A stretch of 36,886 nt of DNA from Simkania sp. (lineage in GTDB: Bacteria; Chlamydiota; Chlamydiia; Chlamydiales; Simkaniaceae). Made by a program: the position numbers and the translations under genes. The stretch covers positions 1 to 36,886 of the forward strand of contig JANQJX010000244.1 of assembly GCA_028281425.1 (NCBI GenBank), read 5' to 3'. Of this stretch, positions 24,435-33,699 are shown piece after piece; position 1 is the first letter of the stretch; each line of letters starts with the position of its first letter. The notes beneath the pieces are model-generated. The model was not told the DNA's origin. It did no database searches and was given only the letters and a program-made list of their open reading frames with translations.

Positions 24435-27074
24435 CTATCTATTTAAACGGGGAAGATAAGGAGCAATTTGCCCTTTTCGAGAATTGAGCGTCCCCGCATC
24501 AAAACACAAAATAGCAAGGGGCAAGTTTTTTTCTTTAGAAATTTTTGTTTCGACTCTTCCTGGGGTTTTGATAAAGCTTTCTTTAAAAACCAAAGAAAGC
24601 TCTTCGGCATGTTCTCCTAAAAATTCAATCATGATTTTTTTAACACGTCCTGACCAAGGAGAGGATTTAAAAGAGCTTAAAAAAAGTTTTAATCTTTCAA
24701 CTGCCAGCTCTACATTTGGAATCCAAATCCAAAGTTCATCCAAATGCCAGTAGGAAATTTCTTTCCCTTTAAAAAGATCATCTGCACTTGTCACAGTAGA
24801 AATCATGTGAAGATATAGAAGAACCTCATGATTATGATCATAAAAGTCGACCGATTTTTGATGCCAAATCTCATATAACTTCAACTTATTTTCCTCAAAC
24901 ACAGAGTAATTACGTGCAAAGATTTTTGTCTGACTTACCCGGTTACAGACATTGAGCACTTTTATATCACTAAAAACAGATGACTCCAACTTTTTTGCAC
25001 ACTGCTTTAACTCTTTTTCAATACATTTTTCTTTATAGATATAGATTTTACTATAGAGAGAATAAAAATCTGGATGTTTTAAAAGAGATGAAGCTGCTTT
25101 ACGTGTAAAATATTCATCTTCCTGAATTTCATCAAAATGGATCACTTCTACTTCTTTTTTAAGATGGAGAGATTTTAACCGATTGAGCAAACAAGCCATG
25201 ATTTCAACATCCAAACGAGACACTTTTGTCAAAAGATCGGTATCATCTAAAATCGCATAGACAAAATGGAGATATTCTATAAATTCTCTTTGGGGATCGA
25301 TAAAATAAGAAAAATTTGCCTTTAAAATTTTCTTTTTTTGAAGAAGCCTTTGATAAAGGCGAATCTTTTGAGAAGTTCCCAAATCATTTTGCAAATCTTT
25401 TAATTGCGCTTCTACTTCTTTAAGTGTCATCCCTCCTGTTGCATACTGATCATTGATCTTAAAAGTCATTTCAGCAACAAGAGCATTTGAAGCTTGAGCA
25501 TCTCCGATGATAGCTCTTGGAGGCATATCTGTTGCAAGAGTGCTTTTATGATGGTCAATGACACTAATCACTTCAAGGTAGGAAGGAATGTTCATCTCTT
25601 CCCGGTTGCAAAAATCACGGAGTGTGACAGTTCCAAGAGGTTTTTTTTGAAGATCCACTGCATGAATCACACCAATTGGAACTTTATGGCCATCTAATCC
25701 TGTATGATTCACGGTCATATAAGAATAATTCTTAATCTTTGCTCGAATCTCATCGACATCTGTCCGATGAGTTAAATATTGAGGGATAAAACCAAAAACA
25801 TCTGTTTTAATTTTAAACGCAATTTCCAACCGATCGACAAAAAGGCGAATCAATCTAAATGCATCGGAAAGCATTTTAACTAAAATTTCTAGCTGATTAA
25901 AAATCTTAGGCCTTTTTTCTGTCAATCTTCCAGACCCATCAAAAAGATCGGAAAGAGTTAGAGATCTAAGCCACTCAATTATCTGCGTAAACTTTACAAC
26001 TCCAAGCTCTTCCATATTAAGAGAAAACTCCTCAAATGTTGCTTCTAATCCTTTTTCATTCTGAAGAACTTTGATGAGATAATCATTGACAAGTTTGATC
26101 TGAGTTGGAGGAAGTTCTTTGCAAGGATTACAAAGGCCCAACTTCATATCCAAAAGGCCTCGAATGACCGTTGAGATATGCTCTACTGTCAAATGATCCT
26201 TAGCAAAGCAAGAAATAAGCTGAATGTGAAAATTGGATTCGATCCACATTAAGCAATTATTAAAAATCATGACAATTTGTCTTACACCTTCGACATCAAT
26301 CGTACGCCAATCTCCTAAATAAAATCCTTGATCATCGACAAGAACAATCGCACTACGTCCTCTTTCATGATCGAAATTCAAAGTCAATTCTTGAGTACTT
26401 TTTTGACTCATGCCAGATTGAGTAAGCAGATCAAGACTTGTTAAAGTCAACGAAAGGCGGCTTTTAGATGCCAAATCAAAGATTTCTTGACCAAAGAAAT
26501 CTTGAAAGAGAACTTTGACTTCGACTTGCTGATAAGGAGGTCCCCCTGGGACATTCCAAACATGAAGCCCATCACCAACTCGGGCAGCAAAAGCATCTAG
26601 CCATCCCCAAAATGAAGCAACCAATGTATCTAAATCTGGGGACATATGCGCTGTAACAAAATGGGTCCCCCTATAAGATTTTCCCATCCCAATAGGAAAA
26701 TAGATTTGATAGGCATCACGTGGAATCGATTTGCCGGCAATTTTACTTCGGATAGAGAAATTTTCTTCTCGGCTTAAACCTGAGAATTGATTGAGATAAA
26801 ATTCAAAAGAAGAAAACGTGTAATTTTCTAAAATATTTTCTCGATTGATTCGGCTGATAAACTCAATAACTGCCTTGAGTAAAAAAGAAGACCCTTTTTT
26901 TGACATGATGAGTTTCACAAGCACTTGGCCTACGATTTTATTTTTTTCATGTCCATTAAGGTTCAAAAAGGAAGAAGTTTTAAACTGAGAAAAAATAGAA
27001 TCAAGATCAGAAAATAGATAAACTTGAAATGTGAAATCACCAAAATTTAAGTTTTTGTCACTTTTCTTTTTCAT
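24435..27074 (-). CDS. Large DHH/DHHA2-family phosphoesterase-like protein (879 aa)
   Basis: DHH motif I-like HMSPDLDTLVAS. Motif III VISVIDHHKS is about 350 aa downstream. A DHHA2-like segment follows (FSDIKVLNVCNRVSQTKIF). The long N-terminal extension and the insert have no motif I recognise. Confidence 0.5.
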   Translation of the reverse strand: MKKKSDKNLNFGDFTFQVYLFSDLDSIFSQFKTSSFLNLNGHEKNKIVGQVLVKLIMSKKGSSFLLKAVIEFISRINRENILENYTFSSFEFYLNQFSGLSREENFSIRSKIAGKSIPRDAYQIYFPIGMGKSYRGTHFVTAHMSPDLDTLVASFWGWLDAFAARVGDGLHVWNVPGGPPYQQVEVKVLFQDFFGQEIFDLASKSRLSLTLTSLDLLTQSGMSQKSTQELTLNFDHERGRSAIVLVDDQGFYLGDWRTIDVEGVRQIVMIFNNCLMWIESNFHIQLISCFAKDHLTVEHISTVIRGLLDMKLGLCNPCKELPPTQIKLVNDYLIKVLQNEKGLEATFEEFSLNMEELGVVKFTQIIEWLRSLTLSDLFDGSGRLTEKRPKIFNQLEILVKMLSDAFRLIRLFVDRLEIAFKIKTDVFGFIPQYLTHRTDVDEIRAKIKNYSYMTVNHTGLDGHKVPIGVIHAVDLQKKPLGTVTLRDFCNREEMNIPSYLEVISVIDHHKSTLATDMPPRAIIGDAQASNALVAEMTFKINDQYATGGMTLKEVEAQLKDLQNDLGTSQKIRLYQRLLQKKKILKANFSYFIDPQREFIEYLHFVYAILDDTDLLTKVSRLDVEIMACLLNRLKSLHLKKEVEVIHFDEIQEDEYFTRKAASSLLKHPDFYSLYSKIYIYKEKCIEKELKQCAKKLESSVFSDIKVLNVCNRVSQTKIFARNYSVFEENKLKLYEIWHQKSVDFYDHNHEVLLYLHMISTVTSADDLFKGKEISYWHLDELWIWIPNVELAVERLKLFLSSFKSSPWSGRVKKIMIEFLGEHAEELSLVFKESFIKTPGRVETKISKEKNLPLAILCFDAGTLNSRKGQIAPYLPRLNR

Positions 27075-27096
27075 TGAACTTTATCTTCTATAAAAA

Positions 27097-27170
27097 CGGA
27101 TTGAGCAGGACTCGAACCTGCGACCGCCCGCTTAGAAGGCGGGTGCTCTATCCAACTGAGCTATCAATCC
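27097..27170 (-). tRNA. tRNA-Arg (anticodon UCU)
   Basis: Reverse complement is GGATTGATAGCTCAGTTGGATAGAGCACCCGCCTTCTAAGCGGGCGGTCGCAGGTTCGAGTCCTGCTCAATCCG. It has anticodon stem CCCGC/GCGGG with loop CTTCTAA and T-arm GCAGG-TTCGAGT-CCTGC. Confidence 0.9.
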
Positions 27171-27264
27171 CTCCCTTAAATTTTCAAACGATTAAATATG
27201 CTATTTTGAGAAAAACCTAAATTTTATTCATCGGAAAAATGATTTTCAAGTATATTTAACCTTA

Positions 27265-27438
27265 TGACCCCTGTTTCACATGTCTGCTCTTTCGAAAAAA
27301 GACACAGACTGTTTTCGGAAATGCCAAGAAATTTTCTTAGGCAGAAGTTTATGACCTTATCCTCGAGAATGTATTGGATGCATCTGGAAATAGAGCCTGT
27401 GGATTTTTCTAGAATAGGCACGCAAACTACGGGGTAAG
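27265..27438 (+). mobile_element. MITE family A, diverged full-length copy (174 bp)
   Basis: TATGACCCCTGTTTCACATGTCTGCTCTTTCGAAAAAAGACA...GCCAAGAAATTTTCTTAGGCAGAAGTTTATGACCTTATCCTCGAGAATGTATTGGATG...CTGTGGATTTTTCTAGAATAGGCACGCAAACTACGGGGTA. Confidence 0.7.
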
Positions 27439-27652
27439 CTTCATTTTATCAACATTAAAACTAATGCGAATTTAACATGAAGCACTCTATCAGAAAACCA
27501 GAATTTTCGATGAGATTTTAAGAAAAATAGATGGAAGGAAATCATCAAAGCGCCATTTTTAAGCCAATTTTTTTGGGAAAATCGCAAAAAGAGCGCCTTT
27601 TTTAGACATCTTTTTATAGAGATTAAGGAAACATTCAACAAGGAAGCCTTCA

Positions 27653-28513
27653 ATGAAAGAACTTTCATTTCAAATTGGAAATGTCTATTTAGGAAAAGAT
27701 CATCCTCTAGTCGTGATTTCTGGGCCTTGCGTCATTGAAAGCCTTTCACATGCTTTAAAAACAGCAGACATGCTCAAAAAAATTTTTAATAAACACCACA
27801 TACAGCTCATTTATAAGTCGAGTTATGATAAAGCAAACCGCTCTTCTTTTACCTCATTTCGGGGGCCAGGTCTTCAAGAAGGTTTAAAAATTTTAGAAAG
27901 GGTGAAAAGAGAGTTTGATCTACCCATCTTAAGTGATATCCATCAAGTCAATGAAGTAAAAGCTGCAGCTGATGTTTGTGATATTATTCAAATTCCTGCT
28001 TTTTTATCTCGTCAAACCGACTTGCTTATTGCAGCAGGTCAATCAAATGCGTGGGTGAATATTAAAAAAGGGCAGTTCATGTCTCCTTGGGACATGGAAT
28101 ATGCAGCTGATAAAATCAGCTCAACAGGCAATCATAAAATCATTTTAACGGACCGAGGAACTTGCTTTGGGTATAACAATTTAGTCTCTGATATGCGTGC
28201 TATTGTGATTATGAAACGATTCGGATTTCCAGTCTGTTTCGACGCTTCTCACTCGACCCAACTTCCTGGAGGAAAGGGAAATCAATCAGGGGGACAATCC
28301 GAATTTATCGCTCCTCTTGCTAAGGCAGCCCTTGCTGTTGGCACAGACCTTCTTTATATCGAATCTCATCCCCATCCTCAAAAAGCAAAAAGTGATAAGC
28401 ATTCTGTACTCTCCTTTGAAGCTTTAAATCCCCTTTTAAAAGAATTAAAATCTATTTATAACCTCATTCACGCAACTGACTCTGGGGACCTTGGATGTTC
28501 AAGCGAGCAATAA
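27653..28513 (+). CDS. kdsA: 2-dehydro-3-deoxyphosphooctonate (Kdo-8-P) aldolase
   Basis: Motifs VISGPCVIES, LIYKSSYDKANRSS, DIHQ, IQIPAFLSRQTDLL, NIKKGQF, FDASHSTQLPGG. Confidence 0.9.
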   Translation: MKELSFQIGNVYLGKDHPLVVISGPCVIESLSHALKTADMLKKIFNKHHIQLIYKSSYDKANRSSFTSFRGPGLQEGLKILERVKREFDLPILSDIHQVNEVKAAADVCDIIQIPAFLSRQTDLLIAAGQSNAWVNIKKGQFMSPWDMEYAADKISSTGNHKIILTDRGTCFGYNNLVSDMRAIVIMKRFGFPVCFDASHSTQLPGGKGNQSGGQSEFIAPLAKAALAVGTDLLYIESHPHPQKAKSDKHSVLSFEALNPLLKELKSIYNLIHATDSGDLGCSSEQ

Positions 28514-29082
28514 GCTTAGCCTTTTTATTTCTAGTCCTTTTATCTGGACTGGTCTTTTTTTGGGTCTTAAAACCTAAAAAATGCCTTCTTAAAAGATTTG
28601 AACCTTCTTTATCTAGAAATAAGGTCAAAAGCTCTTCTTACCAAATACGTCTAGAAGTTCAAAAAGATTTTTGGATTGCAAACCATTTAGATAGGTTGCA
28701 TCATCGTTTAACCAGTCCTCGATCGGTTTTAACTGCCTATCTCCATCAAAACCATTTTGAACTTATCGAAGAATTAGAAGAGATGAAATGTTATTTACAA
28801 GAAGAAGTTTCTGAAAAAGAGCAAACACAACAAATCCGCTTCATCAAATCCCATTTTGGAACCTATGACTACTCCAACCAATCCTTTGAAGCCAATCAAG
28901 TTCATTTAGCTCTTTTTCGCCTTCCCGGAAACCAACTTAAAACCCCTCTCGATTTAAAGTCTGCATTCTTAAAGGGCATTGCATATAAAATTTTTCTTTC
29001 TTTCAGCAGTCACAAACCCTATTTCCATGCTGAAAAATTTCAAGCTCATATTTATCCTGAAAATGATAAAAAAAATTTATGA
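28495..29082 (+). CDS. Membrane-anchored periplasmic protein, LptC-like by position and architecture
   Basis: A single N-terminal TM anchor (ISLAFLFLVLLSGLVFFWVL) and a length of 195 aa resemble LptC. The ORF overlaps the kdsA end by 19 nt and the next ORF by ATGA. No sequence motif is recognised. Confidence 0.4.
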   Translation: MFKRAISLAFLFLVLLSGLVFFWVLKPKKCLLKRFEPSLSRNKVKSSSYQIRLEVQKDFWIANHLDRLHHRLTSPRSVLTAYLHQNHFELIEELEEMKCYLQEEVSEKEQTQQIRFIKSHFGTYDYSNQSFEANQVHLALFRLPGNQLKTPLDLKSAFLKGIAYKIFLSFSSHKPYFHAEKFQAHIYPENDKKNL

Positions 29083-30515
29083 ATCACTCTTTTATCCTTT
29101 TTTTTTCCTTCCTTCTTTTTCCTTTTTTAAGAGGAATAGACTTGCATGAAACTTCCCCAAAAATTTTTTCCGATGATGTTTACTCCGATGGGCAACATCT
29201 TTTACTAAAAGGACATGTTAGAGTCTATGACGCTTTGGGAGTGATGCAAGCGTATGAAGCCGATTTAGAAAAGAAGAAACAAGGTCAAACTCTTTCCAAA
29301 CTCCTCTTAAAAAAAGATGTCTTTCTTTCTTTTCAAGATGAAACAACCCTTCTCTGTGATGAGGCCTTGATTGATTTTATTTCTTGCAAAGGGCATGCTC
29401 TTTCTTTCAAGAGACCCACCTTCTATCGAAGCTTATGGAAACCATCAAAAAAACCTTTTTCCATTTCAAGTGAAAGAATCGATTTCACATTTTCTCAAAA
29501 TGAAGAAAAAAAAAGAACCCTTGAAACCCTCACCGCTTATAAAAAAGTGGTCATTCGCTATGATGAAATGTTTCATCTTCAGTGTGACAGAGCCGTTTTA
29601 GCAAATGAGAAATTAAACACCTTTTCCAATGCTTCTTCTAACTGCAGTCTCACCCATTTTGATAAGACTATTGAAGCTAAAAATATGCAATTGAACCTTC
29701 ATTTACAAACTCTAGAAATGAAAATAGTTCAAGGAAAAATTCCTTCCTTTGTATCAAAAAATCCCCTTCTTCCTTCTTGGTGTTTTTTTTCAGCAAAAAA
29801 GATGATTTGGAATGATCGTAATCACACGATCCTCTTAGAGTCTGATGTCACTTTCTCCGACATCATGATAGGTTCTTTAAACACAGACAACAAACTGCTC
29901 CTTTCCCTGCAAAAAAACCCAAAAAAGCCGGTCATTCAAACGATTCAAACATTTGGAGAAACCACTTTGATCATGAAAGAAGAAAACTCTCATGAAATCG
30001 ACCAATTGAAATGTTTTGGCACTCTTAAACTCGACCCTACCACCTTTGTCTTAAAGGGAAATAGTCCCCAAACCAAAGGAAAAGTTTTATTAACCAATCA
30101 GCTGCTTTTAAAAAAAAAAGACACAACTTTTTATGCCGACCGATTAGATTTAAAATACCACCTATCTCAAGGATCTTTTAAGCCTCTTTCGATGCACCTT
30201 GAAGGCAACGTCCGTTTTATCTCAAAAGATCTGCCCTTTCAATACGGTCTTGCTGATGAAGCCCATTATGATCCAAAAGCGCATGAAATGCTTTTTCTCT
30301 CCAAACATAAGAAGGAAGCTCTATTTTGGCATAAAAAAGAAAATTACATCCTTAGTGCTGACCAACTTTTGATTTCTTTAGATCCCATGACAAAGAAAGA
30401 GAAAATTGAAGGAATAGGCGTCGTGCGCCTCTCTTCTCAGGAAAAAGAAAAACTGAAACTGCACCGATTTTTTCCCAATGCAGTCACCTTAAATCAAGAA
30501 ACAGATCTGCCATGA
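29079..30515 (+). CDS. Secreted OstA/LptA-like protein (enlarged, 478 aa)
   Basis: Signal peptide (FILFFSFLLFPFLRG). Repeated LptA-like strands are present (LLLKGHVRVYDALGVMQAYEADL; MHLEGNVRFISKD). ATGA overlaps occur at both ends, so the ORF sits between the LptC-like gene and lptB. Confidence 0.4.
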   Translation: MNHSFILFFSFLLFPFLRGIDLHETSPKIFSDDVYSDGQHLLLKGHVRVYDALGVMQAYEADLEKKKQGQTLSKLLLKKDVFLSFQDETTLLCDEALIDFISCKGHALSFKRPTFYRSLWKPSKKPFSISSERIDFTFSQNEEKKRTLETLTAYKKVVIRYDEMFHLQCDRAVLANEKLNTFSNASSNCSLTHFDKTIEAKNMQLNLHLQTLEMKIVQGKIPSFVSKNPLLPSWCFFSAKKMIWNDRNHTILLESDVTFSDIMIGSLNTDNKLLLSLQKNPKKPVIQTIQTFGETTLIMKEENSHEIDQLKCFGTLKLDPTTFVLKGNSPQTKGKVLLTNQLLLKKKDTTFYADRLDLKYHLSQGSFKPLSMHLEGNVRFISKDLPFQYGLADEAHYDPKAHEMLFLSKHKKEALFWHKKENYILSADQLLISLDPMTKKEKIEGIGVVRLSSQEKEKLKLHRFFPNAVTLNQETDLP

Positions 30516-31231
30516 TATTAGAAGTTAAAAATCTAAAAAAAATCTATCGAAAAAAAATCGCTGTCAATGGACTTTCTTTGAGTCTCAAAAAAGGGGAAGT
30601 TGTAGGACTCTTGGGCCCAAATGGGGCGGGTAAAACAACCGCTTTTTATATGATCATTGGGCTTTTGCGCCCCGATAGTGGAAAAGTCTTCTTTTTAGAT
30701 CAAGATATCACACCACTTCCCCTTTATAAAAGGGCCCAAATGGGGATAGGCTATCTCGCACAAGAACCCTCTATCTTCAAACAAATGACCGTTGAACAAA
30801 ACCTCATTGCGATTCTAGAGACCCTTCCTCTTTCCAAAAAAAAGCGAAAAGAGCGCTTAGAAGAATTACTAGAAGAACTCAATTTGCATCATCTCTCCAA
30901 AAAACGGGCCTATACTCTATCGGGTGGAGAAAGAAGAAGGCTTGAAATTACACGCGCTTTAATCACTCACCCTACTCTTCTTTTACTTGACGAACCTTTC
31001 GCTAATATTGACCCAATTACCATCTATGATGTAAAACAAATGATTCTCCATCTCAAAGAAAAAAACATCACCATATTAATCACAGATCATAACGCACGTG
31101 AAATCTCATCTATCGTGGATCAAAGCTATCTGATTCAAGAAGGAAAAGTGATGATAGGAGGAACTGTCTCTGAGCTTCTTGAAAATGACGAAGCTAGAAT
31201 CAGCTATTTTGGAAAAGACTTTAGATTGTAA
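30512..31231 (+). CDS. lptB: LPS export ABC transporter ATP-binding protein
   Basis: Walker A GPNGAGKTT, signature LSGGERRR, Walker B LLLLDEPF, H-loop ITDHN. Length of 239 aa and context match LptB. Confidence 0.85.
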   Translation: MILEVKNLKKIYRKKIAVNGLSLSLKKGEVVGLLGPNGAGKTTAFYMIIGLLRPDSGKVFFLDQDITPLPLYKRAQMGIGYLAQEPSIFKQMTVEQNLIAILETLPLSKKKRKERLEELLEELNLHHLSKKRAYTLSGGERRRLEITRALITHPTLLLLDEPFANIDPITIYDVKQMILHLKEKNITILITDHNAREISSIVDQSYLIQEGKVMIGGTVSELLENDEARISYFGKDFRL

Positions 31232-31270
31232 CTTCAAAGCGAGTTTAACATCCACTTTCTTATAGAGCGC

Positions 31271-32398
31271 TTATGTTAAATTTGCCTTAACTTTAAAAAG
31301 CAACTTTTCTTCTTTCTCTGATATTTCTAAAAGAGAAAAAGCTTCTCTTAAAATCTGGTCTGGAGAAAGTCTCTCTAAACAATCACTTTTAAAGCTTCCT
31401 CCACAACCACTTTGATAACAGGGACGACAAGAAAAATCTCCTTTGACAATACGCGCCTTCTTATTTTGATACGGACTCCAATTGACTTCACATGTAGGAC
31501 CAAAAATAGCAACAGTCTTTTTCTTCAAAGCACTTGCAAGATGTATGGGTAGAGAATCTATAGAAATCAGCAACTTACTCATTGCAATAAGAGCTCCAAA
31601 TTCTTTGAGACTCATCTGACCTGACAAATCAATCGTTCCCGGAGCAAGTGCTCTAATCTTTCGATTCATCTCCATTTCTTCTGGATCTGAGCTTGCAGTT
31701 AAAACAACAACCTCTTTTCTTTTTTGTAAACATCGAATCACCTGAACGACTGTTTCAATGGGAAGTGTTTTAAACATCCATCTCGATACGGGATGGACTT
31801 GCACAAACCGATAAGGAGAGACCCCTTTTTCAAGTAAGAGGCTTTCTATCTTTTTTTTACTCTCTTCTGGAATATGAAAGAAAAGGGACCTCTCCTCAAC
31901 CTTAGGATAAATTCCAAGGCACCGAAGCGCATCAAGGTGTTTTTCAACTGTATGGCGAGGCTTGGGGGTATGTTTAATGATGTGAGTATAACACTTTTTT
32001 TTCCCAAACATTCCTTTTTTTTCTGGATCAAACCCAATGCTGTAAAGAGCTTTAGAAAACCTGCAAGCAAGGGCCCCACGGTCCCCCTCTGTTAAATTGA
32101 TCACAAGATCATATTTTCTCTTTCTAATTGTTTTGAGCAACTTGACTTCATAAAAGAGTCGAGATACCAAGGGAAGTTTTTTCCATTTACGGTCATATAA
32201 AAGAAACTGAGAAATTGCAAAATGCCCTTCTAATAAAGGAAGGGTTTCTTTGTAGAGATACGCATCGATTTCAAGATGGGGATAGGAAGTTTTTAAAATA
32301 GAAAAGAGAGGAGAAGATAGCAAAACATCGCCATGATGACGAAGTTTGGCAACAAGGACACGTTTGAGTCTATTAAAATCAACCGGCTTTTGTCTCAT
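31271..32398 (-). CDS. Glycosyltransferase family 9 (LPS heptosyltransferase-like)
   Basis: N-terminus RVLVAKLRHHGDVLLSSPLFSILKTSYPHLEIDAYL. C-terminal motif LLISIDSLPIHLASAL (consensus GnDSGpmHLAAA). Followed by AIFGPT. Confidence 0.8.
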   Translation of the reverse strand: MRQKPVDFNRLKRVLVAKLRHHGDVLLSSPLFSILKTSYPHLEIDAYLYKETLPLLEGHFAISQFLLYDRKWKKLPLVSRLFYEVKLLKTIRKRKYDLVINLTEGDRGALACRFSKALYSIGFDPEKKGMFGKKKCYTHIIKHTPKPRHTVEKHLDALRCLGIYPKVEERSLFFHIPEESKKKIESLLLEKGVSPYRFVQVHPVSRWMFKTLPIETVVQVIRCLQKRKEVVVLTASSDPEEMEMNRKIRALAPGTIDLSGQMSLKEFGALIAMSKLLISIDSLPIHLASALKKKTVAIFGPTCEVNWSPYQNKKARIVKGDFSCRPCYQSGCGGSFKSDCLERLSPDQILREAFSLLEISEKEEKLLFKVKANLT

Positions 32399-32524
32399 GC
32401 TCCAAAGTTTAACATGAAAATAGAGAAAATAAGGAGAAATTTATTCACACATCTTAAGAAAAACGAGAGATAAACAGTGTGAGAGATTTTGAAAACTGCT
32501 TTTTATTTTGCAGAATGATGAAAC

Positions 32525-33250
32525 TTAAGTTTCAAAGCGATATAAATACTTATTCCAAAGATCCATATCCATTTCTTTGACCATCGCATCTAATTCTAGT
32601 AAAATTCTTTGTGGGCTTTGTTTTGAATAATATAAGATGTCTTTTCCTTTGGATTTTGATTCATGCTGCTGATGGTAGGATTCTAGAATTCTCATCCGAT
32701 AGGCATCCATATGATTCATATAGTCACTTAAACCTCTCTCTTCTTCTCCCAAAAATTTCAAAATCCCTTTTAAAGTTTTTTTAGGAAAAAGCAAGATGTC
32801 TTCATAATACACCAGCAGGCGTCGAGAAGGATCCCAATCATCAAAAAACCGAAACATTTTTAAATAGTAATTGAGATATTGAAAAGCAAAATCTCGAATT
32901 TTCTCTTTTTTTCCGTGCCCTCTTCTTCCAAAATTTCGAAGAAAAATTTCTTTAGGGTTACGAGTCAAAAAAATCAATCGATTTTTAGCGGATGAGATCC
33001 CTTTTAAAGCACTATAATGATGGATACGCAGAAGAGGTTTTTTAGAAAAATCTAAATCGATCAAAAGGAGATTTTCATCTCGACTACTCTTTTCCATCCC
33101 TTCTTGATACACAAATAAACAGGGAATTTTGGCAATGATTTGAAGGGAGCTTATTGTTAAATTTGTTCCTGATCTTGGTGTTGATAATAAAAAAATCTGA
33201 TCCTGCACAAGATGGGGCGGTTCAATCAAAACAAAAGAAGATGCTTCCAA
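32525..33250 (-). CDS. PAPS-dependent sulfotransferase-domain protein
   Basis: 5'-PSB-like loop LLSTPRSGTNL and 3'-PB-like region RLIFLTRNPKEIFLR. Mid-region LLVYYEDILLFPKKTLKGILKFLG is typical of sulfotransferases. The track start is TTG. An upstream ATG (33279) is out of frame by one T in a T9 run. Confidence 0.7.
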   Translation of the reverse strand: MEASSFVLIEPPHLVQDQIFLLSTPRSGTNLTISSLQIIAKIPCLFVYQEGMEKSSRDENLLLIDLDFSKKPLLRIHHYSALKGISSAKNRLIFLTRNPKEIFLRNFGRRGHGKKEKIRDFAFQYLNYYLKMFRFFDDWDPSRRLLVYYEDILLFPKKTLKGILKFLGEEERGLSDYMNHMDAYRMRILESYHQQHESKSKGKDILYYSKQSPQRILLELDAMVKEMDMDLWNKYLYRFET

Positions 33251-33350
33251 AAAAGAGAAACAAAAAAAAACAATTTCATGACATGATGAAGATGGCTTCT
33301 ATTTCGCATACCAGCCCTAAAATAAGAGATGTACGATGTTTTTAGAAACA

Positions 33351-33405
33351 CCCATAAAGTTTCCTTGGGTAAGGTTTGAGAGCTTACCCAAGGAAACTTA
33401 TGGGG
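33351..33405. terminator. Long near-perfect hairpin (about 22-bp stem, 8-nt loop)
   Basis: CCCATAAAGTTTCCTTGGGTAAG-gtttgaga-CTTACCCAAGGAAACTTATGGGG has one bulge. It lies 37 nt downstream of the stop of the 33442-33699 (-) ORF and upstream of the sulfotransferase start. T-tracts are only weak on either strand. Confidence 0.4.
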
Positions 33406-33441
33406 TGCAGAGGTTAGATCTATTTTTTTCTATGATGTTCC

Positions 33442-33699
33442 TTACGGATCCATTTCTTGTTGTCTTCTTTCTTGCCTCTCTAACCTCAAAATTCCTTCGC
33501 GTCGCACTCGCATTGCTTTTTCCATTCTTATGATCTCTCTTCTTTCATCTTCATCTAAATCTTCTGTTTCATCAATAAAATAATTCTCTATTTCATCTTC
33601 AAACTGATCTTCAGAATAAAGCTTTCCAATATTAAAAAAAGAAAAGCAAACAAACAAAAAAAAGGAGAAAACTTGAATATTAAAAAATCTTAAATTCAT
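33442..33699 (-). CDS. Small secreted hypothetical protein (85 aa), acidic then basic
   Basis: Signal-like N-terminus (FFNIQVFSFFLFVCFSFFNIG). An acidic stretch follows (EDQFEDEIENYFIDETEDLDEDE), then Arg/Glu-rich helical sequence. No homology evidence. Confidence 0.4.
   Translation of the reverse strand: MNLRFFNIQVFSFFLFVCFSFFNIGKLYSEDQFEDEIENYFIDETEDLDEDERREIIRMEKAMRVRREGILRLERQERRQQEMDP

Noticed and set aside
2746-25697. Alternative-frame or antisense ORFs inside well-supported genes: 2746-2940, 4847-5113, 6213-6434, 6658-6945, 8443-8625, 11501-11686, 11523-11861, 12144-12440, 14214-14580, 15278-15466, 15610-15792, 16802-17011, 21567-21785, 22594-22815, 23148-23345, 23636-23980, 24484-24753 and 25494-25697.
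   Set aside because: Each is nested in, or antisense to, a longer ORF with clear family motifs. ORF 4847-5113 also runs through the tRNA-Leu gene.
27224-27668. ORFs 27224-27421 and 27441-27668 (-) upstream of kdsA.
   Set aside because: The first is antisense through a family-A MITE. The second has low-complexity Leu/Lys/Phe-rich composition, overlaps the kdsA start, and has no RBS.
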